Translations under genes and position numbers: made by a program
In this document: one piece after another, positions 38,126 through 46,761 of the stretch
How the letters are laid out: each line of letters starts with the position of its first letter
Position numbering within the stretch: the first letter of the stretch is position 1
NCBI GenBank assembly: GCA_013375475.1
Contig: JABXKD010000021.1
Location: 1 to 46,761, forward strand
Source: Promethearchaeota archaeon
GTDB lineage: Archaea; Asgardarchaeota; Lokiarchaeia; Sigyniarchaeales; SOKP01
Direction of reading: 5' to 3'
Length of the DNA stretch: 46,761 bases
The notes under the pieces: model-generated
Seen by the model: only the letters and a program-made list of their open reading frames with translations
Databases searched by the model: none
What the model was told of the DNA's origin: nothing

Positions 38126-39349
38126 TTATGGAAGAAGCCATAGAATAAGCATCGTAATCAATGCTAAGAATGCGACGCAACCTAAACCCATCCATGAAAA
38201 TGCAGCATTTTTGATATAGTTGATTTTAAATTTGACTGCTTCGTGAGGACATAATTCGACACAACAGAAACAGGTTATGCACTTCTTACTATCCCATTTT
38301 GGAATATTTCCTTTCTTAATCTCGTTTGGTGGCGTAATCGCATTAACTGGACAATTAGTCCAGCAGGTAGAACATAATTTACACTTTTCTTTATTGAACT
38401 TTACTGAAGCCTTAAATATTGTTTTTCCAATATAATCTGCTAACCACTTTGGTAAAGGCATTGATATTGGTTTAAGTTTAGGACGCTTGAATTTTCGATA
38501 AACGGATTCAATAGTTTCACCAACGATTTCTACCTTTTCTAAGTCAGTTGTTCCCAATTTTTTTTCTTCAGCTTTAGTTAAATACAATATTTCCCTTGGT
38601 TCAAATCCAATTATTTTACATACAGTTGAATCTAAAGCAACACCGTCATATCCCGCTAAAACTATATCTAATTTAACTACATCGCCGCTTGATGGTCCTT
38701 GACCTTCCATACAATAGTATCCATCTATTACCGTTAATTGCGGTTTAGAAATAGAATAAATATCCGCTAGAGCTGAACAAAAACGATCCAAAATTGCTGC
38801 TTGAGCATGGGTTTTAGCTTTATTTGCAAGGAGCACGGTTCCAAACATATTTTTCACACAACATGTTAAGGTACATTGCCAATGAGTTTTAATCTTAGGA
38901 ATATTAATGATCAAATCAGCTTCTCTAATCAAAGAAGAACTCGATATATCTTTCAATTCAAGTGCATCTTTAACTTCATAAATTTCTCTCTCTGTTTTTT
39001 CAAAAGGTATACAAATTACTCCTTCCTTTTCACATATATCCTGAATACCACTCTCTTTCATGGCTATTTCTGTAATACCGGGTTTTGCTCCCCCAGCAGA
39101 ATCACATACATAGATTTTTGATGGATTGAATTGGTTTACCCATTGAATCACTGCTCTGACAATTTCTGGATGAGTGTTAACAGCTCTCTCAGCAGGTTTA
39201 CCCATTAAAAGATTCGGTTTTAATAATACTACCATGTTATCTTTTTGCATTAAATGTTGAGCGTCAATTAGTTCAAGGGCTGAAAAAACAGCTGTTTTCA
39301 CATCTTCATTTTTAATCTGCTGAATACTTATTTTGGTTTTAGAACCCAT
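38126..39349 (-). CDS. DUF362 domain protein with 2x[4Fe-4S] ferredoxin domain and C-terminal TM helix
   Basis: VLLKPNLL, THP, PKIKTH, KNMFG, MEGQGP, CKLCSTCWTNCP, CITCFCCVELCP; hydrophobic tail. Confidence 0.92.
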   Translation of the reverse strand: MGSKTKISIQQIKNEDVKTAVFSALELIDAQHLMQKDNMVVLLKPNLLMGKPAERAVNTHPEIVRAVIQWVNQFNPSKIYVCDSAGGAKPGITEIAMKESGIQDICEKEGVICIPFEKTEREIYEVKDALELKDISSSSLIREADLIINIPKIKTHWQCTLTCCVKNMFGTVLLANKAKTHAQAAILDRFCSALADIYSISKPQLTVIDGYYCMEGQGPSSGDVVKLDIVLAGYDGVALDSTVCKIIGFEPREILYLTKAEEKKLGTTDLEKVEIVGETIESVYRKFKRPKLKPISMPLPKWLADYIGKTIFKASVKFNKEKCKLCSTCWTNCPVNAITPPNEIKKGNIPKWDSKKCITCFCCVELCPHEAVKFKINYIKNAAFSWMGLGCVAFLALITMLILWLLP

Positions 39350-39395
39350 AATTAGTATTCATATGTAGAAAGTTAAAAGATTTCGTAAAACAAAA
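39302..39395. repeat. Imperfect direct repeat, copy 1 (promoter plus first 16 codons of the DUF362 gene)
   Basis: Aligns without gaps to 40463-40556 at offset 1161 (e.g. ttttggtttta.aa.ccataat and aaaagatttcgt). Confidence 0.85.
39371..39385 (-). promoter_or_regulatory. Candidate BRE+TATA promoter of the DUF362 gene (probably leaderless transcript)
   Basis: Minus strand CGAAATCTTTTAACT, with TTTTAA 24-29 nt upstream of ATG 39349; largely conserved in the second repeat copy. Confidence 0.5.
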
Positions 39396-39435
39396 TAGAA
39401 AAATAGAATTATTTTTTTAAGCTATCTACAACATT

Positions 39436-40437
39436 TTATGATTGTCCATAATTTTGTCCCATAGTTATTACTACTTTTCCTCGGGCGTGCCCCTCTTCAA
39501 GGTACCGAAGACCTTCAGCAACCTCACTTAAGGGGTAAAGTCTATCTATAACAGGTACAAATTTGCCGGCTTCAAAAAGTTCTCCCAAAGAAACCATACT
39601 TTCTTTTTTATTTGATTTCCACATCATGATACCCATTTTTTTACTCCCAAATAATGAAACCAATGGCCCTAGGAAGATATTTTGGTAAATTGGCCCATTT
39701 GAACCCCCGATCAAGGCATATATTCCCTTTGGATTCAAAGCACGTTTACAATTGAATATTGAATGATGTGCCGCAACATCAAGAATCAAGTCATAGCGCT
39801 GCCCACTTTTAGTGAAATCTTCTTGTGTGTAATCAATGACATAGTCTGCACCAATCGAGCGTACCATATCTAATTTCTTCGTACTAGCCACCCCAGTCAC
39901 TTCTGCACCGAACGATTTGGCAATCTGCACCGCGAACGTACCCACACCACCACTCGCACCATTAATCAAAACCTTATGTCCTGACTGAATACGTCCTTTA
40001 TCGCGAAGACCCTGCAGGGCGAGGACTGCCGCTTGAGGTAAAGTTGCTGCTTGCTCAAATGTCATACTAGCGGGTTTCGACCTTAATGCATCTTCAGGAA
40101 CACATACATACTCAGCAAAAGCGCCAAAACCATATTTCCATGTGTCCACGAATATCTCATCACCTGCCTGAAACTGCTTTACATTTCTGCCAATTTCATC
40201 AACCCGTCCGGCTACATCCGATCCTAGTATTAAGTATTTGGGTTTTCGAAGCCTTTTCATACGATAATAGAAAGATCCCCTCACGAAATCCAAGTCAGCG
40301 GGATTTAAGGATGATGCTTGAATTTTTATCAATACTTCATTGTCATTGGGACTTGGTTTTTCTATATCTTTTAACTGAAGAACATCCGGCGGTCCGTATT
40401 TTGGGCATACAATCGCTTTCATTTTCTTAATTTCCAT
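39436..40437 (-). CDS. MDR-family NAD(P)-dependent alcohol dehydrogenase/quinone reductase-like protein
   Basis: MKAIVCPKYGPPDVL, LGSDVAG, GAFAEY, VLINGASGGVG, GHARGKVVI. Start likely 40437 or 40422, since ATG 40470 lies inside the repeat. Confidence 0.93.
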   Translation of the reverse strand: MEIKKMKAIVCPKYGPPDVLQLKDIEKPSPNDNEVLIKIQASSLNPADLDFVRGSFYYRMKRLRKPKYLILGSDVAGRVDEIGRNVKQFQAGDEIFVDTWKYGFGAFAEYVCVPEDALRSKPASMTFEQAATLPQAAVLALQGLRDKGRIQSGHKVLINGASGGVGTFAVQIAKSFGAEVTGVASTKKLDMVRSIGADYVIDYTQEDFTKSGQRYDLILDVAAHHSIFNCKRALNPKGIYALIGGSNGPIYQNIFLGPLVSLFGSKKMGIMMWKSNKKESMVSLGELFEAGKFVPVIDRLYPLSEVAEGLRYLEEGHARGKVVITMGQNYGQS

Positions 40438-40462
40438 TTTATTAACCATTTTAGCATGAAAA

Positions 40463-40510
40463 ATCTTCATTTATGATTTTTTAAATAGCTATTTTGGTTT
40501 TAAAAGCCAT
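40463..40510 (-). pseudogene. Dead 5' fragment of a DUF362 gene copy
   Basis: Reads MAFKTKIAI*KIINED versus MGSKTKISIQQIKNED of the intact gene. Confidence 0.8.
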
Positions 40511-40556
40511 AATATGCATTCATCTGTAAAATGTAAAAAGATTTCGTTACACGAAA
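40463..40556. repeat. Imperfect direct repeat, copy 2
   Basis: Matches 39302-39395; 32 of 39 identities over the promoter part (39357-39395 vs 40518-40556). Confidence 0.85.
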
Positions 40557-40572
40557 GAAAAAAAGAAAAAAA
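40554..40572 (-). terminator. Oligo-T terminator downstream of the ubiquitin-like gene
   Basis: Long T-tract on the minus strand starting ~17 nt after the TAA. Confidence 0.5.
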
Positions 40573-40588
40573 TTTAAAATTTTATTTA

Positions 40589-40840
40589 TTATCCGCCAGC
40601 TTGCGTAGCCATTACGGTAATTACATCCTTCTTTGGATGAATTCCTATTTTGGCGAACTTTAATTGGTCGGGAAGTACTTTTCCTTTAAAAATAAATTGA
40701 ATAGCCAGAATGGGATTAAGTTTATATTCCCTTTGAACCGTTTTCTTAATTTCTGCTATTGATTGGTTAGGATCTACTTCAATTAATTTAATAGCTTGGT
40801 CTGGTGGAACACCAGTTAATCTAAAGCGATATTGGGTCGT
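40589..40840 (-). CDS. Ubiquitin-like protein with C-terminal diglycine, 83 aa, candidate ACG start; not in ORF track
   Basis: (M)TQYRFRLTGVPPDQAIKLIEVDPNQSIAEIKKTVQREYKLNPILAIQFIFKGKVLPDQLKFAKIGIHPKKDVITVMATQAGG*. IEVDP..SI..IK and FIFKGKVL.D match ubiquitin LEVEPSDTIENVK and LIFAGKQLED. Confidence 0.88.
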   Translation of the reverse strand, partial: TTQYRFRLTGVPPDQAIKLIEVDPNQSIAEIKKTVQREYKLNPILAIQFIFKGKVLPDQLKFAKIGIHPKKDVITVMATQAGG

Positions 40841-41080
40841 GGTTCTTTCACATCCTTTTTGATATTAATTTTTTAAGATAATATAAGATCTTACTAGAGT
40901 AATGTGCAAATTTCTAATTAAAAACAAAGGTATTTTTAATTAAATTGAAGTTTATTCAGCTAAAAGTGTAATATTAGCTAAAATAAGGTTCAGATTCATA
41001 AATTCTTAAAGTCAACCTAGATAAAACTAAAGTATAAGTATACCCAAAAGTATAAATCTCTATATTTCTATTTTATATTT

Positions 41081-42433
41081 ATGTCTAAATTCGTGGTAAC
41101 TGCTAAAGTAAAAGAGAAGGTTTTATCAGAAATCAAAAAAATTGATCAAAACGAGTTACGAATTCTCTATTTATTAAGAAATTTGGGACCATTGAGATTC
41201 ACGAACATTATAGAATATTCTGGTTTGAGTAGATCTACAGTATCCAAATATGTTAAGTTCCATATCTCTAAAAATAATGTTGAAAAAAGAATTTATAGGA
41301 ATCCTTCAAAGAATATCCAAGAACAGCGTTATTTTATAACAGATTTAGGTACTGAAAAGCTTGGTGAGGAAAATATCGGTTATGATGAATCAATTTATTT
41401 TAGTGAAATTAATGATCTTATTTCGAACCTTTCTGAATTAAAAAACTTTTACAAAGAAATCAGCGTTGCGGAATCCATCATAACAGACATCACTCGAAAT
41501 ATAATTAATATGGGTGAAAATTATTTTTTTATAGAACAAAATCGCGACTTGTATCTAACGCTATTTTACATCTACAACAATTCTGTTCTAACCAGAGATT
41601 TTAAATTCGAGATTACAGAGTTTTGCAAGCATTATAATGTTAAGAAATTAAGAATAGATTTTTATGTAGATCGCCTATTGTCCAGCGATTTAGGATTATA
41701 TATGTTTAGTCGAGGAGAGGATAGATTCTTTTTCCACAGAGAGGATGTACTTGGTGTTTCGACCATCCGATTAATTAAAGATAATTTGATAAACGAGATA
41801 GTTGAGTTAAACATAGCTGAAGAAAAAATGATCTCTGACCTAGATTTAGATAAATTAGCTGAGGACATAATTGAGAACTTATTAGAAATGGAATTGATAT
41901 GGGATGTGAATGAATCGCAAGGGATCAGCGGAATAAAAGAGCCATTTGAGATGTTGGTTGAGAAAATGATAATTAAAAATGCGCTAGAGATGGGTATTCC
42001 AAAAACATCCTTAATGGATATTGCGTTGCAGTCTAAAAAACTATTAAAAGCAGAAGGAGGAAAAAACTCTTTATATAACATAATAAACAATTCTGAGCGT
42101 TATGAAGACTTAAATCTCGTTTCTATCTCTGAATCTGAGGAAACCGAATTATTTCAAAGTTTAAAGCTATTAAGTGGCTTTTGCCCTAAATGTGGAAAAA
42201 CAGTGTTAAAAAATGATTTATCTAATTTATGTGTTAGATGCGGATTAAACTTCGAAAATAAAGAGTTATTAAGCGATATTGAGGCAGCGAGTGAGTTGAG
42301 TGTAGCATATAAAATAGCATCTCTTGAAGAAGAAAAAGAAATTGAATGTCCTAATCCAAATTGCAATTATTACGTAAAAACAAGCTGGGTAGAATGTCCA
42401 GAATGCCTTACTCCCTTGAAAAAGAAAACTTAA
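41081..42433 (+). CDS. Winged-HTH (MarR/ArsR-like) protein with C-terminal zinc ribbons
   Basis: ILYLLRNLGPLRFTNIIEYSGLSRSTVSKY...YFITDLG; C-terminal CPKC/CVRC and CPNPNC/CPEC. Confidence 0.82.
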   Translation: MSKFVVTAKVKEKVLSEIKKIDQNELRILYLLRNLGPLRFTNIIEYSGLSRSTVSKYVKFHISKNNVEKRIYRNPSKNIQEQRYFITDLGTEKLGEENIGYDESIYFSEINDLISNLSELKNFYKEISVAESIITDITRNIINMGENYFFIEQNRDLYLTLFYIYNNSVLTRDFKFEITEFCKHYNVKKLRIDFYVDRLLSSDLGLYMFSRGEDRFFFHREDVLGVSTIRLIKDNLINEIVELNIAEEKMISDLDLDKLAEDIIENLLEMELIWDVNESQGISGIKEPFEMLVEKMIIKNALEMGIPKTSLMDIALQSKKLLKAEGGKNSLYNIINNSERYEDLNLVSISESEETELFQSLKLLSGFCPKCGKTVLKNDLSNLCVRCGLNFENKELLSDIEAASELSVAYKIASLEEEKEIECPNPNCNYYVKTSWVECPECLTPLKKKT

Positions 42434-42475
42434 GAGCTAAAAGTTACTCATTAACAATCTAATTTTATTGTTTGA

Positions 42476-42691
42476 AATTCAAAATGGATATTCGAAAATG
42501 GAACCTTTAAAGGAATAGAACAAGATTTTAGAAATGAAAATGAAGTCTACGATGGAACAGCATTTGAAATGATATTTAGATGGGTGAACTTGAATGAACT
42601 CGAAAATCTAAGATTATACCCATTATTTCTGCGTAAATCTTTGAAGAATATTAAATCTTTCCCAGAACCTATAATAAATCATGACGACTAG
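42476..42691 (+). pseudogene. Gene remnant resembling the C-terminal half of a NUDIX hydrolase
   Basis: Open frame after an in-frame TGA: NSKWIFENGTFKGIEQDFRNENEVYDGTAFEMIFRWVNLNELENLRLYPLFLRKSLKNIKSFPEPIINHDD*; the Nudix box and 5' end are absent. Confidence 0.6.
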
Positions 42692-42830
42692 TACAGCTCC
42701 CAAATATTTTTTGTTTTTCTAAAAAAACTTAAATATGATATGGAAATCTTAAGATTAATTCAACTTGTGATTTCACAATTGAGAAAATCAGTTTGAATTT
42801 CAAACAATAAAAGTTGAGATGAAAAGATAA

Positions 42831-44507
42831 ATGGAACTTCCAGATTATATTAAAAATCGTTATTGGAAAGATTATTTAGCTGATGGAATAACTGTAGAAC
42901 TTGATGTCCCCGAAGATTGGTCGTTAATTGATGTATGGAAATATAATGAAAAGTCTTTTCCTGATCACGTTATGTTAGACTTTTTTGGAAAAGAATATAC
43001 AACTAAGATGCTAGATGGATTAACTAGAAGATTTGCAGCAGCTTTGAAAGATCTTGGGGTAAAAAAGGGAGAAACTGTGGCTTTATGGCTTCCTAATTGC
43101 CCACAATTCTCTATTACTTATTTTGCTGCGGTATATCTTGGAGCTACATTAACAGCTATAAGTCCTTTATTTACGGGAAGAGAACTTGCTTACCAAATTA
43201 AGGATTCTGGGGCAAAATACTTGATTACGATAGACCGATTCGTTCGGGAGTACCAGAAAGTCGCAGATGAAGTATCGTTAAGAAATGTAATTGTTTTAAA
43301 TATTATGGACGAGGATATTGCTGTTCCCGAAACCGACAAAATCATTCATTACGATAAGCTATTGACCAAGTATCAAGAACCTCTTGAGTTCGATGTCGAG
43401 ATCAATCCTAAAGAAGATATTGCTATAATTCAATATACTGGAGGAACAACAGGCCTTCCCAAAGGAGCTTTATTATCACATTACAATGTCGTATCAATGC
43501 TCTGGGCTATAAAGCAAGGTTCTGATTATATGATCGAGAATTACCTTAAAGAAAACATTATAGCTCTTTCAGTATTACCTTGGTACCATATTTATGGACA
43601 ATCTTGTGAACTATTGGCTGGTTGTTTATTTGGATCGAAAGCTTATGTCCTTCCGTCATTTGATCTTCAAAGAATCGCTGAAGTAATTACAAAAGGACGA
43701 CCAAACATGATACTTGGCGTACCAACTATGTTTGTTAACATTTTAAACTCGCCTTACATGAAAGATGTTGATATGAGTTGCTTAAAGTTCGCTAATTGCG
43801 GTGCTGGTGCACTTCCAGATGAATTAGCTGCGGAGTGGGAGAGAAGGACGGGTTTCAGGATGGCTGAAGGATACGGACTAAGCGAAACTAGCACAGGCGC
43901 CATAACTGCTCCTGTCTGGTCAAAATTGAAACGCGGAAGCGTTGGCCATCCTTTCACAAATACTCTTGTAGGGATTGTGAATGATAATGTTGAATTTTTG
44001 CCCGTAGGGGAAGAAGGAGAGGTTGTCATATCTGGACCTCAAGTAATGGTAGGGTATCATAATAGACCTGAGGAAAACAAGCTAGTGTTTTTCGAAGCTG
44101 GTGGTCTTAGATGGTTGCGAACAGGCGATTATGGAAGATTGGATGACGAGGGTTATTTGTTTTTGCTTGACAGGATTAAGGATCTAATAAAATATAAAGG
44201 ACACAGCGTTTATCCGAGAGAAATTGAAGAAGTTTTATACGAACACCCTGCTGTACAAGAATGTGCAGTAATAGGCGTTCCGGATCCTATGAAAGGCGAA
44301 GATATCAAAGCTTTTGTTCTTCTTAAAAATGAGAGCAAGGGAAAAGTTACTGAACAAGACATAATTGATTTTACTAAAGAAAACTTAGCAGCCTACAAAT
44401 ATCCTAGGGAAGTACAATTTGTTCGAAGTCTCCCAAAAAGCGGAGTAGGAAAAATTTTAAGGAGAACTTTAAGAGAAAAAGAAGCAAAGAAAAGAGACAA
44501 AAAATAA
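42831..44507 (+). CDS. Long-chain fatty-acid--CoA ligase (AMP-binding family)
   Basis: YTGGTTGLPKG, LPWYHIYG, EGYGLSE, WLRTGD, DRIKDLI, YPREIEE, LPKSGVGK. Confidence 0.95.
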   Translation: MELPDYIKNRYWKDYLADGITVELDVPEDWSLIDVWKYNEKSFPDHVMLDFFGKEYTTKMLDGLTRRFAAALKDLGVKKGETVALWLPNCPQFSITYFAAVYLGATLTAISPLFTGRELAYQIKDSGAKYLITIDRFVREYQKVADEVSLRNVIVLNIMDEDIAVPETDKIIHYDKLLTKYQEPLEFDVEINPKEDIAIIQYTGGTTGLPKGALLSHYNVVSMLWAIKQGSDYMIENYLKENIIALSVLPWYHIYGQSCELLAGCLFGSKAYVLPSFDLQRIAEVITKGRPNMILGVPTMFVNILNSPYMKDVDMSCLKFANCGAGALPDELAAEWERRTGFRMAEGYGLSETSTGAITAPVWSKLKRGSVGHPFTNTLVGIVNDNVEFLPVGEEGEVVISGPQVMVGYHNRPEENKLVFFEAGGLRWLRTGDYGRLDDEGYLFLLDRIKDLIKYKGHSVYPREIEEVLYEHPAVQECAVIGVPDPMKGEDIKAFVLLKNESKGKVTEQDIIDFTKENLAAYKYPREVQFVRSLPKSGVGKILRRTLREKEAKKRDKK

Positions 44508-44672
44508 GGATTACAAACACCTAATATAATAATATCGCAATTATTTTTTTTATTCAAATTTTTTTAAAACAACAACCATATTAATCTTTAAAGATATTTT
44601 TTGGGATTTGTGGTGTAATAAACTTCTTTTTATTACATTAAATTTTTATTAAAGCTTGACATCAAATTTAAT

Positions 44673-45791
44673 ATGACTCAAGTTGATAATTATGAAATTG
44701 TAAGGCAAAAACTACAACTTGGACAGATTGTTGCTCCAAAACATAAAAAAATATATGAATTGATGAAAATATTTTGGAATGAAGAAGAGATTAAAATTCT
44801 TGCTCAATTTAATAACGCAGGCAAATATACTTCGCTTAAGGAATTAACTGAAAAACTAAATATGCCAAGACAAGAAATTAAAAGAATTCTAGAAAGATCG
44901 ATTATAAATGGCACGCTTTCGAAATCGGGGCTGAAATATAAATTAATACCACTTCTACCGGGCGTATTCGAAAAATATTATATCGCACGTAAAGACTCAG
45001 AAGAAAATCAAAAAAAAGCAGCTAAGATATATCGTTTTCTTATGAAGCAAGCTCCTGATTTAGAGAAAATTCATGAAAGAAAAAAGGTTTTCCGTCCTTT
45101 ACTTCCATATGACGCTGAAGAAAAGTTAATAAAAATAGATAAATCTCTAAATGTTCAATCCAAGGTACTCCCGTATGAATTCGTAAGAGATATGATAGAT
45201 AAAAACGAATCTTTCGCAGTTATACCATGTCAATGTCGCTTAATTGGTGAATATACTGGGGAACCTTGTGAAGTAGCACCAGCCGAAATGGGATGTTTTG
45301 TTACTGGAGCTGGAGCTGAAAGCTTGATCAAACAAGGGGCAAAACGATTAAACAAAGAAGAAGCTATAGAATTTATTAAAGAAACTGAGAAAGCTGGCTT
45401 AGTTCATAACACTGTGTTCGATACGAGTAAGGAAAGCTCTATTTTTATATGTAATTGTTGTAGTTGCCATTGTGGTGCGTTATATCCCGCAAAATTATAT
45501 CATTATAGGGGTGCAAATCAAAGTAATTTTGCTCCTGAATTTGATATGGAACTTTGTACGAAATGTGAAACATGTATAAAAAAATGCCCAAATGAAGCGA
45601 TATATCATCTATTACCAACTAAATCTGATTCATCTGATGAAAGAATGAAATTAAGGGAAGAATTCTGCATAGGGTGTGGAATATGTGCTGTTAACTGCCC
45701 TAATAAAGCAATAAAAATGGTTAAAGTTAGAGACGAATTTCCAGAAAAACTTGTAATAGATGGCCAGAGTTTCGAAGATCTCATTGCCTAA
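44673..45791 (+). CDS. 4Fe-4S dicluster protein with N-terminal wHTH-like region and central Cys cluster
   Basis: PCQCR, CNCCSCHCG, CTKCETCIKKCP, CIGCGICAVNCP. Confidence 0.88.
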   Translation: MTQVDNYEIVRQKLQLGQIVAPKHKKIYELMKIFWNEEEIKILAQFNNAGKYTSLKELTEKLNMPRQEIKRILERSIINGTLSKSGLKYKLIPLLPGVFEKYYIARKDSEENQKKAAKIYRFLMKQAPDLEKIHERKKVFRPLLPYDAEEKLIKIDKSLNVQSKVLPYEFVRDMIDKNESFAVIPCQCRLIGEYTGEPCEVAPAEMGCFVTGAGAESLIKQGAKRLNKEEAIEFIKETEKAGLVHNTVFDTSKESSIFICNCCSCHCGALYPAKLYHYRGANQSNFAPEFDMELCTKCETCIKKCPNEAIYHLLPTKSDSSDERMKLREEFCIGCGICAVNCPNKAIKMVKVRDEFPEKLVIDGQSFEDLIA

Positions 45792-45860
45792 CTTTCGTAA
45801 AAAGAGTTAAAACTATTATGTATTTAATAGCCATTTTTTTTCTTATAAAAAAGCTCATTA

Positions 45861-46760
45861 CTAAGAATAATCTAACATCATCTGAATTGGTTTCGTAGCC
45901 CTTTTCGCAATATTAGGAGGAACTTTCACTTCAAAGGTTTTATCATCTAAGTTTTCTAGTACATATTTTATGAGTTCTAAAGAATTTTTTTTCATATTAT
46001 AACACACAAGTTTCTCTATTATTGGATGGAAATTCTTGTTGGGAAAATCTTTTGCCATCCTTTCGATTAAACCTTTTTCAGTTCCAATGACAAATTCACT
46101 ATCGTTAGATTCTTTGGCTCTATTATACATGTGGGCTGTAGATCCAACAAAATCCGATAAATCTCTCACTTCTCGAATGCATTCGGGATGAACAAGAATT
46201 TCTGCCCTAGGATAATTATTTTTTGCTTCTATTACATGTTCTGGTTTAATCTGCGAGTGCACGTAACAATGACCATTTTCCGGCATCTTGATAGTATTTA
46301 TACCTGAGATTTGTTCTGCATAGTCTGCTAGATTAGCATCAGGACCGAATAATACTGCATTCGAATCAAAATCACCTGATATTTTTCTAACTATCTTTAC
46401 AGCATTAGAAGATGTACAGCAAATGTCCGATTCAGCTTTAACTGCTGCAGTGGAATTAACATACACAACAACCGGTAAATCAGGATATTTTCTCTTAAAA
46501 TCTTTAACTTTTTCAGGAGTAAGAAAAGCAGCCATCGGGCAACAAGCCTCGGGATTAGGTATTAAAACATGTTTATCTTGATTCAATATGGAGGCTGTCT
46601 CCGCCATAAAATCTACTCCTGCGAAGATAATATAATCCGACTCTTCTTCTTTCGCTAGTCTTGACAGACCTAAAGAATCGCCTAAATGATCAGCTATTTC
46701 TTGAACTTCGATAGGTTGGTAATAATGAGCTAAGATAGTGGTTCCTGACTCCTTTTTCAG
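45861..46760 (-). CDS. nadA: Quinolinate synthase A (5' end beyond the window)
   Basis: Frame is open to the window edge: TILAHYYQ, GDSLGL, GVDFMAETA, CPMA, YVNSTA, CTSSNA, PDANL, CYVH, HPEC, GTE, CYNMK. Confidence 0.97.
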   Translation of the reverse strand: MKKESGTTILAHYYQPIEVQEIADHLGDSLGLSRLAKEEESDYIIFAGVDFMAETASILNQDKHVLIPNPEACCPMAAFLTPEKVKDFKRKYPDLPVVVYVNSTAAVKAESDICCTSSNAVKIVRKISGDFDSNAVLFGPDANLADYAEQISGINTIKMPENGHCYVHSQIKPEHVIEAKNNYPRAEILVHPECIREVRDLSDFVGSTAHMYNRAKESNDSEFVIGTEKGLIERMAKDFPNKNFHPIIEKLVCYNMKKNSLELIKYVLENLDDKTFEVKVPPNIAKRATKPIQMMLDYS

Positions 46761-46761
46761 T

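Noticed and set aside
40438-40470. ORF-track N-terminal extension of the MDR gene (MKIFHAKMVNK)
   Set aside because: Its ATG derives from the out-of-frame AAT GAA codons of the duplicated DUF362 fragment; family similarity starts at MKAIV.
41029-41055. AAAGTATAA repeated twice upstream of the wHTH gene, as a possible operator
   Set aside because: Short, AT-only apart from one G, and overlapping the probable TATA box; not distinguishable from chance.
973-44029. Many 60-180 aa ORF-track entries antisense to or nested within long genes (e.g. 3719-4078, 18863-19324, 25111-25644, 33495-33836, 40086-40430, 41662-42090)
   Set aside because: They fully overlap well-supported genes, have the F/S/I-rich composition of antisense shadows, and show no motifs.
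1-46761. CRISPR arrays, rRNA/tRNA genes, transposases/integrases, and selenocysteine or pyrrolysine read-through
   Set aside because: No spaced repeats, GC-rich structured RNA segments or recombinase motifs were seen, and no gene appeared to continue past an in-frame TGA/TAG. This was checked by eye only.

Overview
AT-rich, gene-dense archaeal chromosomal segment, most likely from an Asgard archaeon (Lokiarchaeia/Promethearchaeota-like). This assignment is inferred from an actin homologue, two longin-like proteins, a ubiquitin-like protein, ASH-Ski2, PINA and EndA, plus many CoA/Fe-S metabolic genes. About 38 CDS are supported, two of them truncated by the window ends (HAD hydrolase, nadA). 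I saw no rRNA, tRNA, CRISPR array or transposase. Main observations: (1) an actin/ARP with a ~130-aa double zinc-ribbon insertion and altered ATPase residues; (2) an 83-aa ubiquitin-like gene ending in GG, missed by the ORF track because it has no canonical start (candidate ACG start); (3) a SIRT6/7-like sirtuin beside a CoA-transferase-GNAT fusion, a possible acylation writer/eraser pair; (4) an SSUH2-like zinc-finger protein; (5) a GC-richer dehydrogenase gene bracketed by a ~94-bp duplication of its neighbour's promoter and first 16 codons; (6) a degenerate amidohydrolase-YjbQ fusion. All family calls come from motif recognition by eye, not database searches.
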